DNA from: a bacterium
GTDB lineage: Bacteria > Zhuqueibacterota > Zhuqueibacteria > Oceanimicrobiales > Oceanimicrobiaceae
DNA length: 27,421 nt
Assembly: GCA_037446635.1 (NCBI GenBank)
Contig: JBBIIG010000023.1
Coordinates: 34,923 to 62,343 of the forward strand
Direction: 5' to 3'
The notes under the pieces are model-generated. The model saw only the letters and a program-made list of their open reading frames with translations, did not search any database and was not told the origin of the DNA. Below, piece after piece: positions 1 through 8,900 of the stretch. The translations under genes were made by a program, and so were the position numbers. Position 1 is the stretch's first letter, and each line of letters begins with the position of its first letter.

Positions 1-509
1 ACACGGAACGCGCGGAGTTTACGTTGGGGAGTACAGGCAGCGGCGCGGGCGTGGCAGTGCAGGATCGCAGCGTGGCTTCTCCCACCAGCGTGGTGTTGGA
101 CGGTTCATTCAGCGGGACGACCGATTGGGCCATTATTGGTTTGGAAATCAAGCCTTCGGGAGGCTCCAGCCTGGCCAAACTGGCGGCTAACGACTTTCAG
201 GAAACTCAAAAGATCGTTTCTCGAATTCCGGATGATTACCGTTTGTTCCAAAACTATCCCAACCCATTTAATGCGGAAACGGTGATTGAATACGCACTGC
301 CGGAAGACGCGGAGGTTGAATTGATAGTTTATAATTCACTGGGTCAAATCGTTCGCGAGTTGGCTCATGGTCGGCAGGCCGCTGGATTACAAAAAATCAA
401 TTGGAATGGCCGGGATAATTTTGGACGCCCCATCAGTTCCGGAATCTATTTTGTGAGCTTGCGCGCCGGAGAGTTTTATCAGCTTATGAAAATCACGCTG
501 CAGAAATAA
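1..509 (+). CDS. 5'-truncated secreted protein with C-terminal T9SS type-A-like/FlgD Ig-like sorting domain
   Basis: The frame is open from position 3 (TERAEFTLGSTGS...), so the TTG at 24 is probably not the true start. It ends IPDDYRLFQNYPNPFNAETVIEY...WNGRD...SSGIYF...KITLQK, with TAA at 507-509. Confidence 0.9.
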   Translation, partial: TERAEFTLGSTGSGAGVAVQDRSVASPTSVVLDGSFSGTTDWAIIGLEIKPSGGSSLAKLAANDFQETQKIVSRIPDDYRLFQNYPNPFNAETVIEYALPEDAEVELIVYNSLGQIVRELAHGRQAAGLQKINWNGRDNFGRPISSGIYFVSLRAGEFYQLMKITLQK

Positions 510-515
510 AGTGGT

Positions 516-565
516 GTTTGAAGTGGCCGCGTCAGTTTTTCGTGCGGGCCGCTGTCAAATTTTTT
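516..565 (+). terminator. Possible intrinsic terminator or stem-loop after the first gene
   Basis: TTTGA-AGTGGCC (517-528) pairs with GGCCGCT-g-TCAAA (547-559) and is followed by T6 (560-565). The stem is imperfect and the loop is large. Confidence 0.35.
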
Positions 566-698
566 GGCACAACTCACGGCGCGAGTACGCATCCCTCGTG
601 GATGGTGGTATTAAATAATCATCAACAGTTTTGGGGGAAATCCAATCCAACCTCACTTGCAATAAAGTAAACAATGCTGAACAAATGTTGAGATTAGG

Positions 699-2117
699 AT
701 GGCACGAGTCGCCTTTAAAACATTTTGGATAACTATCCTGCTTGGCGCCGGTACACTTCTCGCGCAGGAGGCAGAGGTCATTTTAGTGCAGCCGCAACTC
801 AGCACCGACACCGTCCGAACCCAGGCGGATGACGCGGCCATTTGGGTTCACCCCAGCGATCCTTCCAAGAGCCTTTTGTTAGGAACCGATGCCGGCTTTT
901 TTGAAGACACCAGCGGCATTTATATTTGGAACCTCGACGGTTCGCTGCAACAGCATATTCAAATCCATTTTCCACAACACATCGATATCCGTTACGGGAT
1001 GCAATTGGGCGGTACGGCGGTTGACATCGCCGTGGTCGCCATGCGGGATCACAACGCCATTCGCGTTTATAAAATCGATCCCCAGACGCGCACACTCATC
1101 AACGTCACCGCCGCGGGCGAAATTAATTTGTTCTCCCTCGACGGAACCGAGCCCTATTACGATCCCTTCGGATTGGGCCTTTACAAGCGGCCTGCGGATG
1201 GCGCCATCTTCGCATTTGTAACCAGCCGTTCATCGGAGTTCAAAGCCGGCGTGATGCAAGTCCGGTTGGAAGACGACGGCAGCGGCCTGGTGAGAGGCGT
1301 CCAATTGCGGCGCGTTGGGGCGAACACCGATTATATCAACGGCGTCGTTGTCGATGATGTTCTCGGCTATCTTTACCTCGTGGAAGAAGACGCTGGCGTT
1401 CATAAGCATTACGCCGATCCGGAAGCAAGCGCGGAGCGAGTGGCTTTTTTCGCGCAGGAAGATGGCATCGTTGGCGATCGCGCTGGTTTGGCGCTCTATT
1501 CATGTAGTGATAGCACCGGCCACCTGTTGCTCAGCAATCCCGGCTCCCAGTCCATCAAAGTTTACCGTCGCGAGGGGGACGGGGGGGATCCTCACCGCCA
1601 TGATCTGGTGGCCACCATTCAAAATGTTAGCGGCCATTTTGGCGCGGGCCTGGATGTCGTCAGCGATCTTCAATCAGACTCTTTCCCGGCGGGATTGTTA
1701 ATGTGGCAAAACCAGTCGGAAAAGAAGTTCGATCTTTTTGACTGGCAGGAGGTCGCAAAAAGTGCGCTGAGAGTTTGTTTTCGCGCCGCACCCACCGCGG
1801 TGGAATTTGGAGCAAATGAGAATGAACCGGCCGTTCCAGAACACATCGTACTGCAGCAAAATTATCCCAACCCGTTTAATCCGGAAACGGTTATTCGATT
1901 CATAATGCGCAAGCGCAATCGCGTCGCGATTTCCGTTTATGATTTGACGGGGAAAAAAATTCAAGCGCTGCTCGACGCACCGCTGGATCCGGGATCGCAC
2001 CAGGTGCGATGGAACGGAACCGATGACGTCGGCCGACCCAGTGCCAGCGGAATTTACTTCTATCAACTGGTGAGCGGCGGATTTTCTGAAACCCGCCGCA
2101 TGGTTTTATTGCGATAA
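699..2117 (+). CDS. Beta-propeller phytase (3-phytase)-family protein with degenerate active site, signal peptide and C-terminal sorting domain
   Basis: ADDAAIWVHPSDPSKSLLLGTD, DIRYG, GLGLYK, VVDD..GYLYLVEED.G and GLDV match beta-propeller phytase motifs in order. Signal peptide ends TLLA|Q23. C-terminus has LQQNYPNPFNPET...SGIYFYQL...RRMVLLR. Confidence 0.85.
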   Translation: MARVAFKTFWITILLGAGTLLAQEAEVILVQPQLSTDTVRTQADDAAIWVHPSDPSKSLLLGTDAGFFEDTSGIYIWNLDGSLQQHIQIHFPQHIDIRYGMQLGGTAVDIAVVAMRDHNAIRVYKIDPQTRTLINVTAAGEINLFSLDGTEPYYDPFGLGLYKRPADGAIFAFVTSRSSEFKAGVMQVRLEDDGSGLVRGVQLRRVGANTDYINGVVVDDVLGYLYLVEEDAGVHKHYADPEASAERVAFFAQEDGIVGDRAGLALYSCSDSTGHLLLSNPGSQSIKVYRREGDGGDPHRHDLVATIQNVSGHFGAGLDVVSDLQSDSFPAGLLMWQNQSEKKFDLFDWQEVAKSALRVCFRAAPTAVEFGANENEPAVPEHIVLQQNYPNPFNPETVIRFIMRKRNRVAISVYDLTGKKIQALLDAPLDPGSHQVRWNGTDDVGRPSASGIYFYQLVSGGFSETRRMVLLR

Positions 2118-2151
2118 GGAAATTATTTTTTTGCACAATTAACTTTGAACT

Positions 2152-2158
2152 GAGGGGG
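2152..2158 (+). promoter_or_regulatory. Ribosome-binding site
   Basis: GAGGGGG lies 10 nt upstream of ATG 2169. Confidence 0.55.
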
Positions 2159-2168
2159 CTCGAGCTGA

Positions 2169-5100
2169 ATGAAACGATTTTTGTTCGCCGCGTGGATTTT
2201 GGTGATGTTTTGTGGTCTGGTGTATGGTCAAGAAAGCGGGTCTAGTTTTGCGTTGAGTTTTGACGGCCAGGATGATTTTGTCGAAATTGCCGACTCCCCG
2301 ATTTTAAGCGGCGGCCCGAACAAAAGCCTGACGCTGGAATACTGGGTTCAGCCCTCCACGATTTCTGGAAATTTTCCGCTGGTTCATAAGTGGTTGAACA
2401 GCAAGTGGAAGGATTGGGGAATGTCCGTGGAGAACGGACGATTGAACGTGGCCATCGAAGCCAACGGCGACAATTGGGAGTATTCCGCCGGCGCGATTGC
2501 CGCCAATGTTTGGACCCACGTGGCGTTCACGTTCAACAATTCGAATAAAAGCCTCCACATTTATGTGAACGGGCTGCAGGTTGGCCCCGGCGCCACCCGA
2601 TCAGCCGGGATGCCGGACACCAACGCCAAGGTTTTTATCGGCAAGCATGGCTACAATACGGCTTTTTTCCCGGGCCTCATCGACGAGGTGCGGGTTTGGA
2701 ATTTCGCCAAAACCGCTTCTGAAATTCAGAGCCAGATGAATCAAACCTTAAGCGGCTTCGAGTCGGGTTTGATTGGCTACTGGAATTTTGAGGATGGTTC
2801 GGGCGCCACGGCCAACGACGCCAGTGGTATGGGCAACCGTGGCCAGCTTCTGCCGACTGGCGCCGGGCCAGCTTGGGTGGTTTCGGATGCACCAATTTCT
2901 GCTACCGCGACTCTTCGCGTTTTGTCTCCGAATGGCGGAGAATCTTGGCAGGCCGGGAACTCCCAAACGATTACCTGGACGGCCAGCGCTGCCATTAGCG
3001 CGATCAATATTGAATTTTCCAGCGACGGCGGCTCTTCATTTAGTCCAGTGGTGCTCAACACGGCAAATGATGGCAGCCACAACTGGGTTGTTCCCAACAC
3101 GTTGTCCACCCATTGTTTGATTCGAATTTCGGACGCCGCCGCCGGCGATCCGGTGGATATTAGCGACGCGCCTTTTTCTGTTGTCTCTGCGCCGCCGGCC
3201 GAGCTCACTTTTACCGACATTACCCTTTCGGCGGGTACCGGCGGTCCCACTGCAAGCGGCTTCACTGGCGGGCACGCAGCCATTTTTGCGGATGTCACCG
3301 GCGACGATCTCCCCGACCTCTACCATACCATGTTGTATCAGCACCCAATGAAAGACCTTTTCTTCCGCAACGCTGGCGGCAGCGTTTTTGTGGATGAAGC
3401 GGATTTGCGCGGCGTCGCGGACTACGACAGCGGCTCACACGGCGCGGTGTTCGCCGATCTCGATAACGACGGCGATTACGATTTGTACAACGGGACAACC
3501 TATGCCACGCCGGGGTTTCCGGCCAACAACAACTTGTTTCGCAACGACGGCAGCGGTTTTTTTACCGACGTCTCCGCTCAGAGCGGCATGCCGTTTCGCG
3601 AGTGGCCCACCCGCGCGGTGCTGGCGTTCGATATGGACAACGACGCCGATCTCGATCTGCTGGCGATTACAAATTTTGCCGGCAGCAGCGATCCCCCCGA
3701 TGAGCGCAACGAGCTCTATCGCAACGACGGGGATATGCAATTCACCGCTATCAATTCCGGCGATCTCTACACCGCGCCTGCCGGCCAAGGCGCCACGGCG
3801 GCCGATTACGACAACGACGGCGACCTCGACGTCTTTGCCGCCAACCGCAACGGCGATCTCAATATTCTGCGCAACGACGGCGCCGGTAATTTCACCGCCG
3901 TCTCTCCCGCAACCATTGGCATTTCCCACCAGGGCCGCGACGGCATCACCTTAGATGATCTGGACAACGACGGCGACCTCGATCTGCTGCTCACCGGCCC
4001 GCTGCTCACTGGCGAACCCGATGGTCATCTTTATATGAACAATGGCCACGGTATATTTACGTTTCGCCAAAGTTTTGTCGGCATCTCCGGATACATGGGA
4101 GCGTTTGCGGATTTGGATCACGACGGCGATCTCGATTTGGTTTTCGCCGGCAATGAAGTTTCGTATTTGAACGACGGTCTCGGCAATTTCTCCGCCGGGC
4201 CAAGCATTCCGGTGGCCGGCATCGACGATCCCCGCGCGATTGGTTTTGCGGATATCGACGGCGACGGCGACCTGGATTTTGCCATTGGCGCGAAGCGCTC
4301 ACGCAACTGGCTGGTGCGCAACAATTTCAACGGCGGCAATTGGCTGAAGGTGAAGCTCTACGCCCCCAACGGTCAAGCCGGGGCGTTTGGCGCGCGCTTA
4401 AAAATTTACCCCGCCGGCCAACTTGGCGGGCAGCTCCTGGCTATGCGGGAGGCGCGCAGCGTCAACGGCTATTTGGGGCAAAGCGATCCGGTGCTGCATT
4501 TTGGCTTAGGCTCGTACTCCGCTGTGGATTTGCAGGTGCGGTTTTTGAATGGTACGGTGGTGACGCAAACCAATGTCGCGGCGAATCAAACCATCGTCAT
4601 CAACCCTTCCGGGCCGCTGCCCTCGCCGCCAAGCATCGTTTCATTTACTCCTACCAGCGGCGGCGCGGGAACGGAAGTTACGATTACCGGCGCGAACTTG
4701 AGCGGCGCAACCGAGGTCTCGTTTAACGGGGTTGCCGCCGATTTTAACGTGGATTCGGACACCCAAATCCGTGCGACGGCGCCCGCCGGCGCCGCCAGCG
4801 GGCCAATCAGAGTGACCACGCCCAACGGTTCCGCCCTGACCGCGGTCAATTATACCTTCAGCTCATCTTCTACTACCATCATCCTCCAGCCCACGGATGA
4901 TACCTTCGGCGGTTCTTCCAACCCCAACAAAAACTACAATCATTCCCCTGAGCTGCGCGTTCGAGAAAGGTCTTCCTCGATTGTGCACGCGTTTCTCAAA
5001 TTCAATGTCACGGGGATTGGCGGTCCGGTGCAGAGCGCCATTTTGCGTTTGAAGGTGTTGGAGGAAAGCAGCAGCGGCGGCAAGATTTATTCGGTGTCCA

Positions 5101-5711
5101 ACTTTTACCAGGGCACCAATACGCCGTGGACCGAAAGCGGCTTGGTATGGAACAATGCGCCGGAGATTAGCGGCTCACCTTTGGATGAAATAGGCGCTGT
5201 GGAGGTGGGGCAAATCGTCGAGTTCAATGTTACGGCGGCCATCAACGGCGACGGCGTTTATAGTTTCGGGATCAAAGGCGGCTCGAGCGACATTTTGAAA
5301 TATGAACCCAGGGAAGGAAGCAGCCCCCCGGAGTTGATCATTGTCGCCGGCGCCGCTTCAAAATTTGCAGCGGAAGCGAGCGATTCAAAAATGGCGCCGC
5401 AACTTTTGGGCGAGACGGGAAGTGCGTTGCCGCGAGACTTTTATCTCGCGCCCAATTATCCCAATCCCTTTAACGCGGAGACCATTATTGAATACACCTT
5501 GCCGAAGGCGGCGCGGGTTCGGCTGATAATTTATAACATCAAAGGCCAGGAGGTGATCCGGTTGGTGGATGAGCAGCAAACCGCGGGTGTTAAAAAAGTC
5601 AGATGGGACGGCCGTGATCGCGCCGGCGGCGAAGTAGCAGCAGGGGTCTATTTTCTACGATTGGAGGCGAAGGAAACCATTTTGGTTAGAAGAATAACTC
5701 TGCAAAAATAA
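2169..5711 (+). CDS. Secreted multidomain protein: LamG/pentraxin-like, SPNGGE Ig-like, CRTAC1-family (7 FG-GAP + ASPIC/UnbV), IPT/TIG, DNRLRE/CBM96-like, sorting domain
   Basis: Signal peptide LVYG|Q21. LamG ~2247-2880 (FALSFDG...WTHVAFT...GLIDEVRVWN...GLIGYWNF). VLSPNGGESW domain ~2910-3183. Seven Dx(D/T)xDxDxD loops ~3290-4280. UnbV motifs NWLKVKL...AFGARL...GYLGQSDPVLHFGLG. IPT ~4626-4857; DNRLRE-like ~4872-5343; NYPNPFNAET...RITLQK. Confidence 0.9.
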   Translation: MKRFLFAAWILVMFCGLVYGQESGSSFALSFDGQDDFVEIADSPILSGGPNKSLTLEYWVQPSTISGNFPLVHKWLNSKWKDWGMSVENGRLNVAIEANGDNWEYSAGAIAANVWTHVAFTFNNSNKSLHIYVNGLQVGPGATRSAGMPDTNAKVFIGKHGYNTAFFPGLIDEVRVWNFAKTASEIQSQMNQTLSGFESGLIGYWNFEDGSGATANDASGMGNRGQLLPTGAGPAWVVSDAPISATATLRVLSPNGGESWQAGNSQTITWTASAAISAINIEFSSDGGSSFSPVVLNTANDGSHNWVVPNTLSTHCLIRISDAAAGDPVDISDAPFSVVSAPPAELTFTDITLSAGTGGPTASGFTGGHAAIFADVTGDDLPDLYHTMLYQHPMKDLFFRNAGGSVFVDEADLRGVADYDSGSHGAVFADLDNDGDYDLYNGTTYATPGFPANNNLFRNDGSGFFTDVSAQSGMPFREWPTRAVLAFDMDNDADLDLLAITNFAGSSDPPDERNELYRNDGDMQFTAINSGDLYTAPAGQGATAADYDNDGDLDVFAANRNGDLNILRNDGAGNFTAVSPATIGISHQGRDGITLDDLDNDGDLDLLLTGPLLTGEPDGHLYMNNGHGIFTFRQSFVGISGYMGAFADLDHDGDLDLVFAGNEVSYLNDGLGNFSAGPSIPVAGIDDPRAIGFADIDGDGDLDFAIGAKRSRNWLVRNNFNGGNWLKVKLYAPNGQAGAFGARLKIYPAGQLGGQLLAMREARSVNGYLGQSDPVLHFGLGSYSAVDLQVRFLNGTVVTQTNVAANQTIVINPSGPLPSPPSIVSFTPTSGGAGTEVTITGANLSGATEVSFNGVAADFNVDSDTQIRATAPAGAASGPIRVTTPNGSALTAVNYTFSSSSTTIILQPTDDTFGGSSNPNKNYNHSPELRVRERSSSIVHAFLKFNVTGIGGPVQSAILRLKVLEESSSGGKIYSVSNFYQGTNTPWTESGLVWNNAPEISGSPLDEIGAVEVGQIVEFNVTAAINGDGVYSFGIKGGSSDILKYEPREGSSPPELIIVAGAASKFAAEASDSKMAPQLLGETGSALPRDFYLAPNYPNPFNAETIIEYTLPKAARVRLIIYNIKGQEVIRLVDEQQTAGVKKVRWDGRDRAGGEVAAGVYFLRLEAKETILVRRITLQK

Positions 5712-5758
5712 TTGGCTGTTCGTATTGTTAGTGCGATAAAAATTACAAGGGTAAAATT

Positions 5759-5857
5759 GAGGCCACACGTCTTCTTTTTGAGATCCGGGCAGAGCTCATG
5801 TGAAGATGATCCTGCAAGTAGAGGCATCACTGTTTCTATTTGCAGGCATGTGGCCTC
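5759..5857 (+). ncRNA. Candidate structured cis-RNA (three-way junction) in the spacer before the giant gene
   Basis: P1 is GAGGCCACA 5759-5767 with TGTGGCCTC 5849-5857. P2 is GTCTTC/GAAGAT plus TGAG/CTCA. P3 is 16 contiguous pairs, 5811-5826 with 5831-5846, including 3 G-U pairs and a TCAC loop. Confidence 0.5.
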
Positions 5858-5957
5858 TTTATTAAGATAACCGATTTATAAAAAGAATCAATTATTTTTT
5901 GCATAAGGGTTTGATGAGTTGGTTGGGAATTGGCTGCATTGAAGCAACCTAATTTTT

Positions 5958-5966
5958 TAAGGAGGT
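5958..5966 (+). promoter_or_regulatory. Strong ribosome-binding site
   Basis: TAAGGAGGT lies 4 nt upstream of ATG 5971. Confidence 0.85.
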
Positions 5967-5970
5967 AGTA

Positions 5971-8900
5971 ATGTCGTTTGTAGATGGATTTTTAAGCGCG
6001 CGCAAACAACAGGGAAAAAGCAACCAGGCTTTGCAATTCATCTGCATATTTCTGTTTGCCTCACTAACTGTATTTTACGATGGCGGGTCCGCATGGGCGC
6101 AGAGCGTGTCCACGCCGGTGCTGTCGGGATATCGCGATTTCGACTTTGGCTCGGGCAGCGTTACCAGTGAGCCCACCGAAGAGAAGCCGGAGAGCAAACT
6201 CTGGTACAACGACGGCTTTTGGTGGGCCGTGATGTGGGATCAATCCGCTTCGAGATATCGCATCTATCGTTATGACATGGCCAGTCCGGGTTGGTTCAAC
6301 GTGGGGCCGAACGTGGATGAGCGCGGCCGTTCCGCACAGGACGTGCTTTGGGATGCCGCCAACAACAAGCTGTACATTGCTTCCCACGCCAAGTTGACGA
6401 TTCAAAACGGTGTATCGAACGATGCCAGATTATATCGCTTTAGTTATAACGCCAGCAACGACACCTATTCTCTGGACGCCGGCTTCCCGGTCGTTTTCGG
6501 TTCCGATAAAACCCGCGCGCTGGTGATCGCTAAAGATTCCAATGGCAAACTATGGGCAACCTGGACGCACAATCAGCGGGTATGGATGAATCGCACCACG
6601 GCAGGCGGGCTCAGCAACGACGCCAGTTGGGGAACTCCCTTTGAACTTCCAGGGCAAGGAAACAATTTATTATTAGGCAGCAACGGCACCTTAGACATCG
6701 CATCGATTGTTGACTTTGGCGGAAATAAGATCGGCGTTTTGTGGGGCAACCAAAGCGCTACGGATGAAAAATACTACTTTGCGTTCCGAAATGATAGCGA
6801 CGACGATATGACCTGGCAGCCGCGGGAAACGGCGTATGAGAATACTGCGCTCGCCAACGCCGCGGACGACCACATCAATTTGACCTGCAGCCCCAGCAGC
6901 GGCGTGGTGCTGGCCGCCGTAAAACACGAAACCAACAATGGCTCTTTTCCCATCGTTAGTGTTTTGAAGCGCGATCACACCACTGGCGTTTGGACCGCCC
7001 ACACCGTGGCGACGAAAAGCGAAGATTATACCCGGCCCTTGGCGGTGCTGGATTCCGCCACCGACAGCCTGTATGTTTTCGCCCAAAGCGACGACGCCGA
7101 TGCTGGACCACTGAAAACCATCTTTTATAAAGTCGCTCATATTAATAATCTGAATTTCCCACCGGGCCACGGCCGGATTTTCTTACGAAGCCCCGACTCT
7201 GGGGAAGTAATTAATAATGTGACGTCCAGCAAGGAATGCGTCAACGGCACCACCGGACTATTGGTGCTGGCCAGCGACGACAAGAAGCATCATTATTTTC
7301 ACAATTTCCTGGCGCTGGGCGGGAACGCCCGGCCCATTGCGGTGGACGACGCGGTTTCCACCGGGTCGAATACTCCGGGCCAGTTTAATGTCGCTGCAAA
7401 CGATATTGATGCCAATGGCACGATCGATGTGACCACGGTGGCCATTGTCTCCAATCCCAGCAACGGCACCGTGTCGGTGAATAGCAGTACCGGGATTATC
7501 ACTTATACCCCCAATGGCGGCTTCACCGGTGTGGACTCTTTTCTATACACGGTGCGCGATAACGACGGCGAAAGCGCCATCGCCGCGACGGTTACCGTGA
7601 CCGTGCAGCCTGCGCCCGTGGCGAACAACGACGCCGCTACCACCGACGAAGACAACGCCGTCACCATCAATGTTTTGAGCAACGATACCGACGCCAACGG
7701 CACGGTCGATGCGACGACTGTGACGGTAGTTTCCAATCCCAGCAGCGGCACGACTTCGATCCATCCCACAACCGGTGAAATCACCTACACCCCAAACGCC
7801 AATTTTAACGGCAGTGATAGCTTTACCTATACAGTTAAAGATAACCAGGGCGCAACCTCGAACGCCGCCACGGTGACCGTGACGGTGAACGATATTAACG
7901 ATCCGCCTGTGGCCGGCAACGACGCGGCCACTACCCCCGAAGACACGCCCGTTGATATCGATGTTACGGCGAACGACAGCGACATCGATGGCGCCTTAAA
8001 TCTGGGTTCGGTTACGGTCGTGAGCGCGCCGGCGCACGGCGCGGCTTCGGTTAACAGCAGCACCGGCGTCATCACCTACACACCGAATTTGAATTATAAT
8101 GGCAGCGATAGTTTTACTTATCGCGTCAGCGACGACGACGGCGCGAACTCCAATGAGGCCACGGTTGATGTGACCGTTAACGCCGTAACCGATCCGCCGG
8201 TGGCCGTTGACAATGTTGCCACCACCGATGAAGATAATGCCGTCACCATTGATGTGCTCGCGAATGATTCCGACTCCGATGGCTCATTGGTACCCTCGAC
8301 GGTTACGGTGGCTTCGCCGCCCAGCAGCGGTACCTCGTCCGTCAACAGCAGCACGGGCGCCGTCACCTATACCCCCAATCTTAATTTTTTCGGATCCGAC
8401 AGTTTCACTTATACCGTTGAAGATGACGATGGCGCCAGCTCCAACGCCGCTACCGTCAACATCACCGTCAACCCGGTCAACGATCCGCCGGCAGTCGTGA
8501 ACGATGCCGCCGCCACCCCGGAAGACGTGGGGGTAGAAATCAACGTGTTAAGCAATGACACGGATGTGGACGGATCGATTGTCGCCTCGACGGTGGCGGT
8601 GGCTTCACCGCCCAGCAACGGTACAACCTCCGTGAATTCCGTTAACGGCCGGATCACTTATACTCCCAATTTGAATTTCCACGGCGTCGATACTTTTACG
8701 TACACCGTTGAGGATAACGATAACGCGGTTTCCAGCGCCGCAACGGTGACGGTTACGGTGAATGATGTGAACGATGCGCCGGTCGCCGCCAATGATGGCG
8801 CGACAACCGAGGAAGACACGCCCGTGGATATCAACGTGACGTTTAACGATTTTGATGTCGATGGCAACCTGAACTTAAGCACCGTTACGATTATCGCCAA

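Noticed and set aside
24..26. TTG start for the 161-aa ORF
   Set aside because: The frame is open to the window edge and there is no signal peptide; this is the tail of a longer gene.
564..580. Sigma-54 promoter (TTGGCAC)
   Set aside because: There is no TTGC -12 element at the required spacing (ACGG is found instead).
653..5830. Short overlapping ORFs across genes 2 and 3 and the spacers (e.g. 3388-3954 +, 2777-3298 -, 5648-5830 -)
   Set aside because: They overlap well-supported CDSs, have off-frame composition and show no recognisable domains.
5759..5857. Hammerhead ribozyme reading of the three-way junction
   Set aside because: There is no CUGAnGA core on either strand.
5961..5968. RfaH ops-like element (GGAGGTAG, also at 25504)
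   Set aside because: It differs from GGCGGTAG and is fully explained as a Shine-Dalgarno site.
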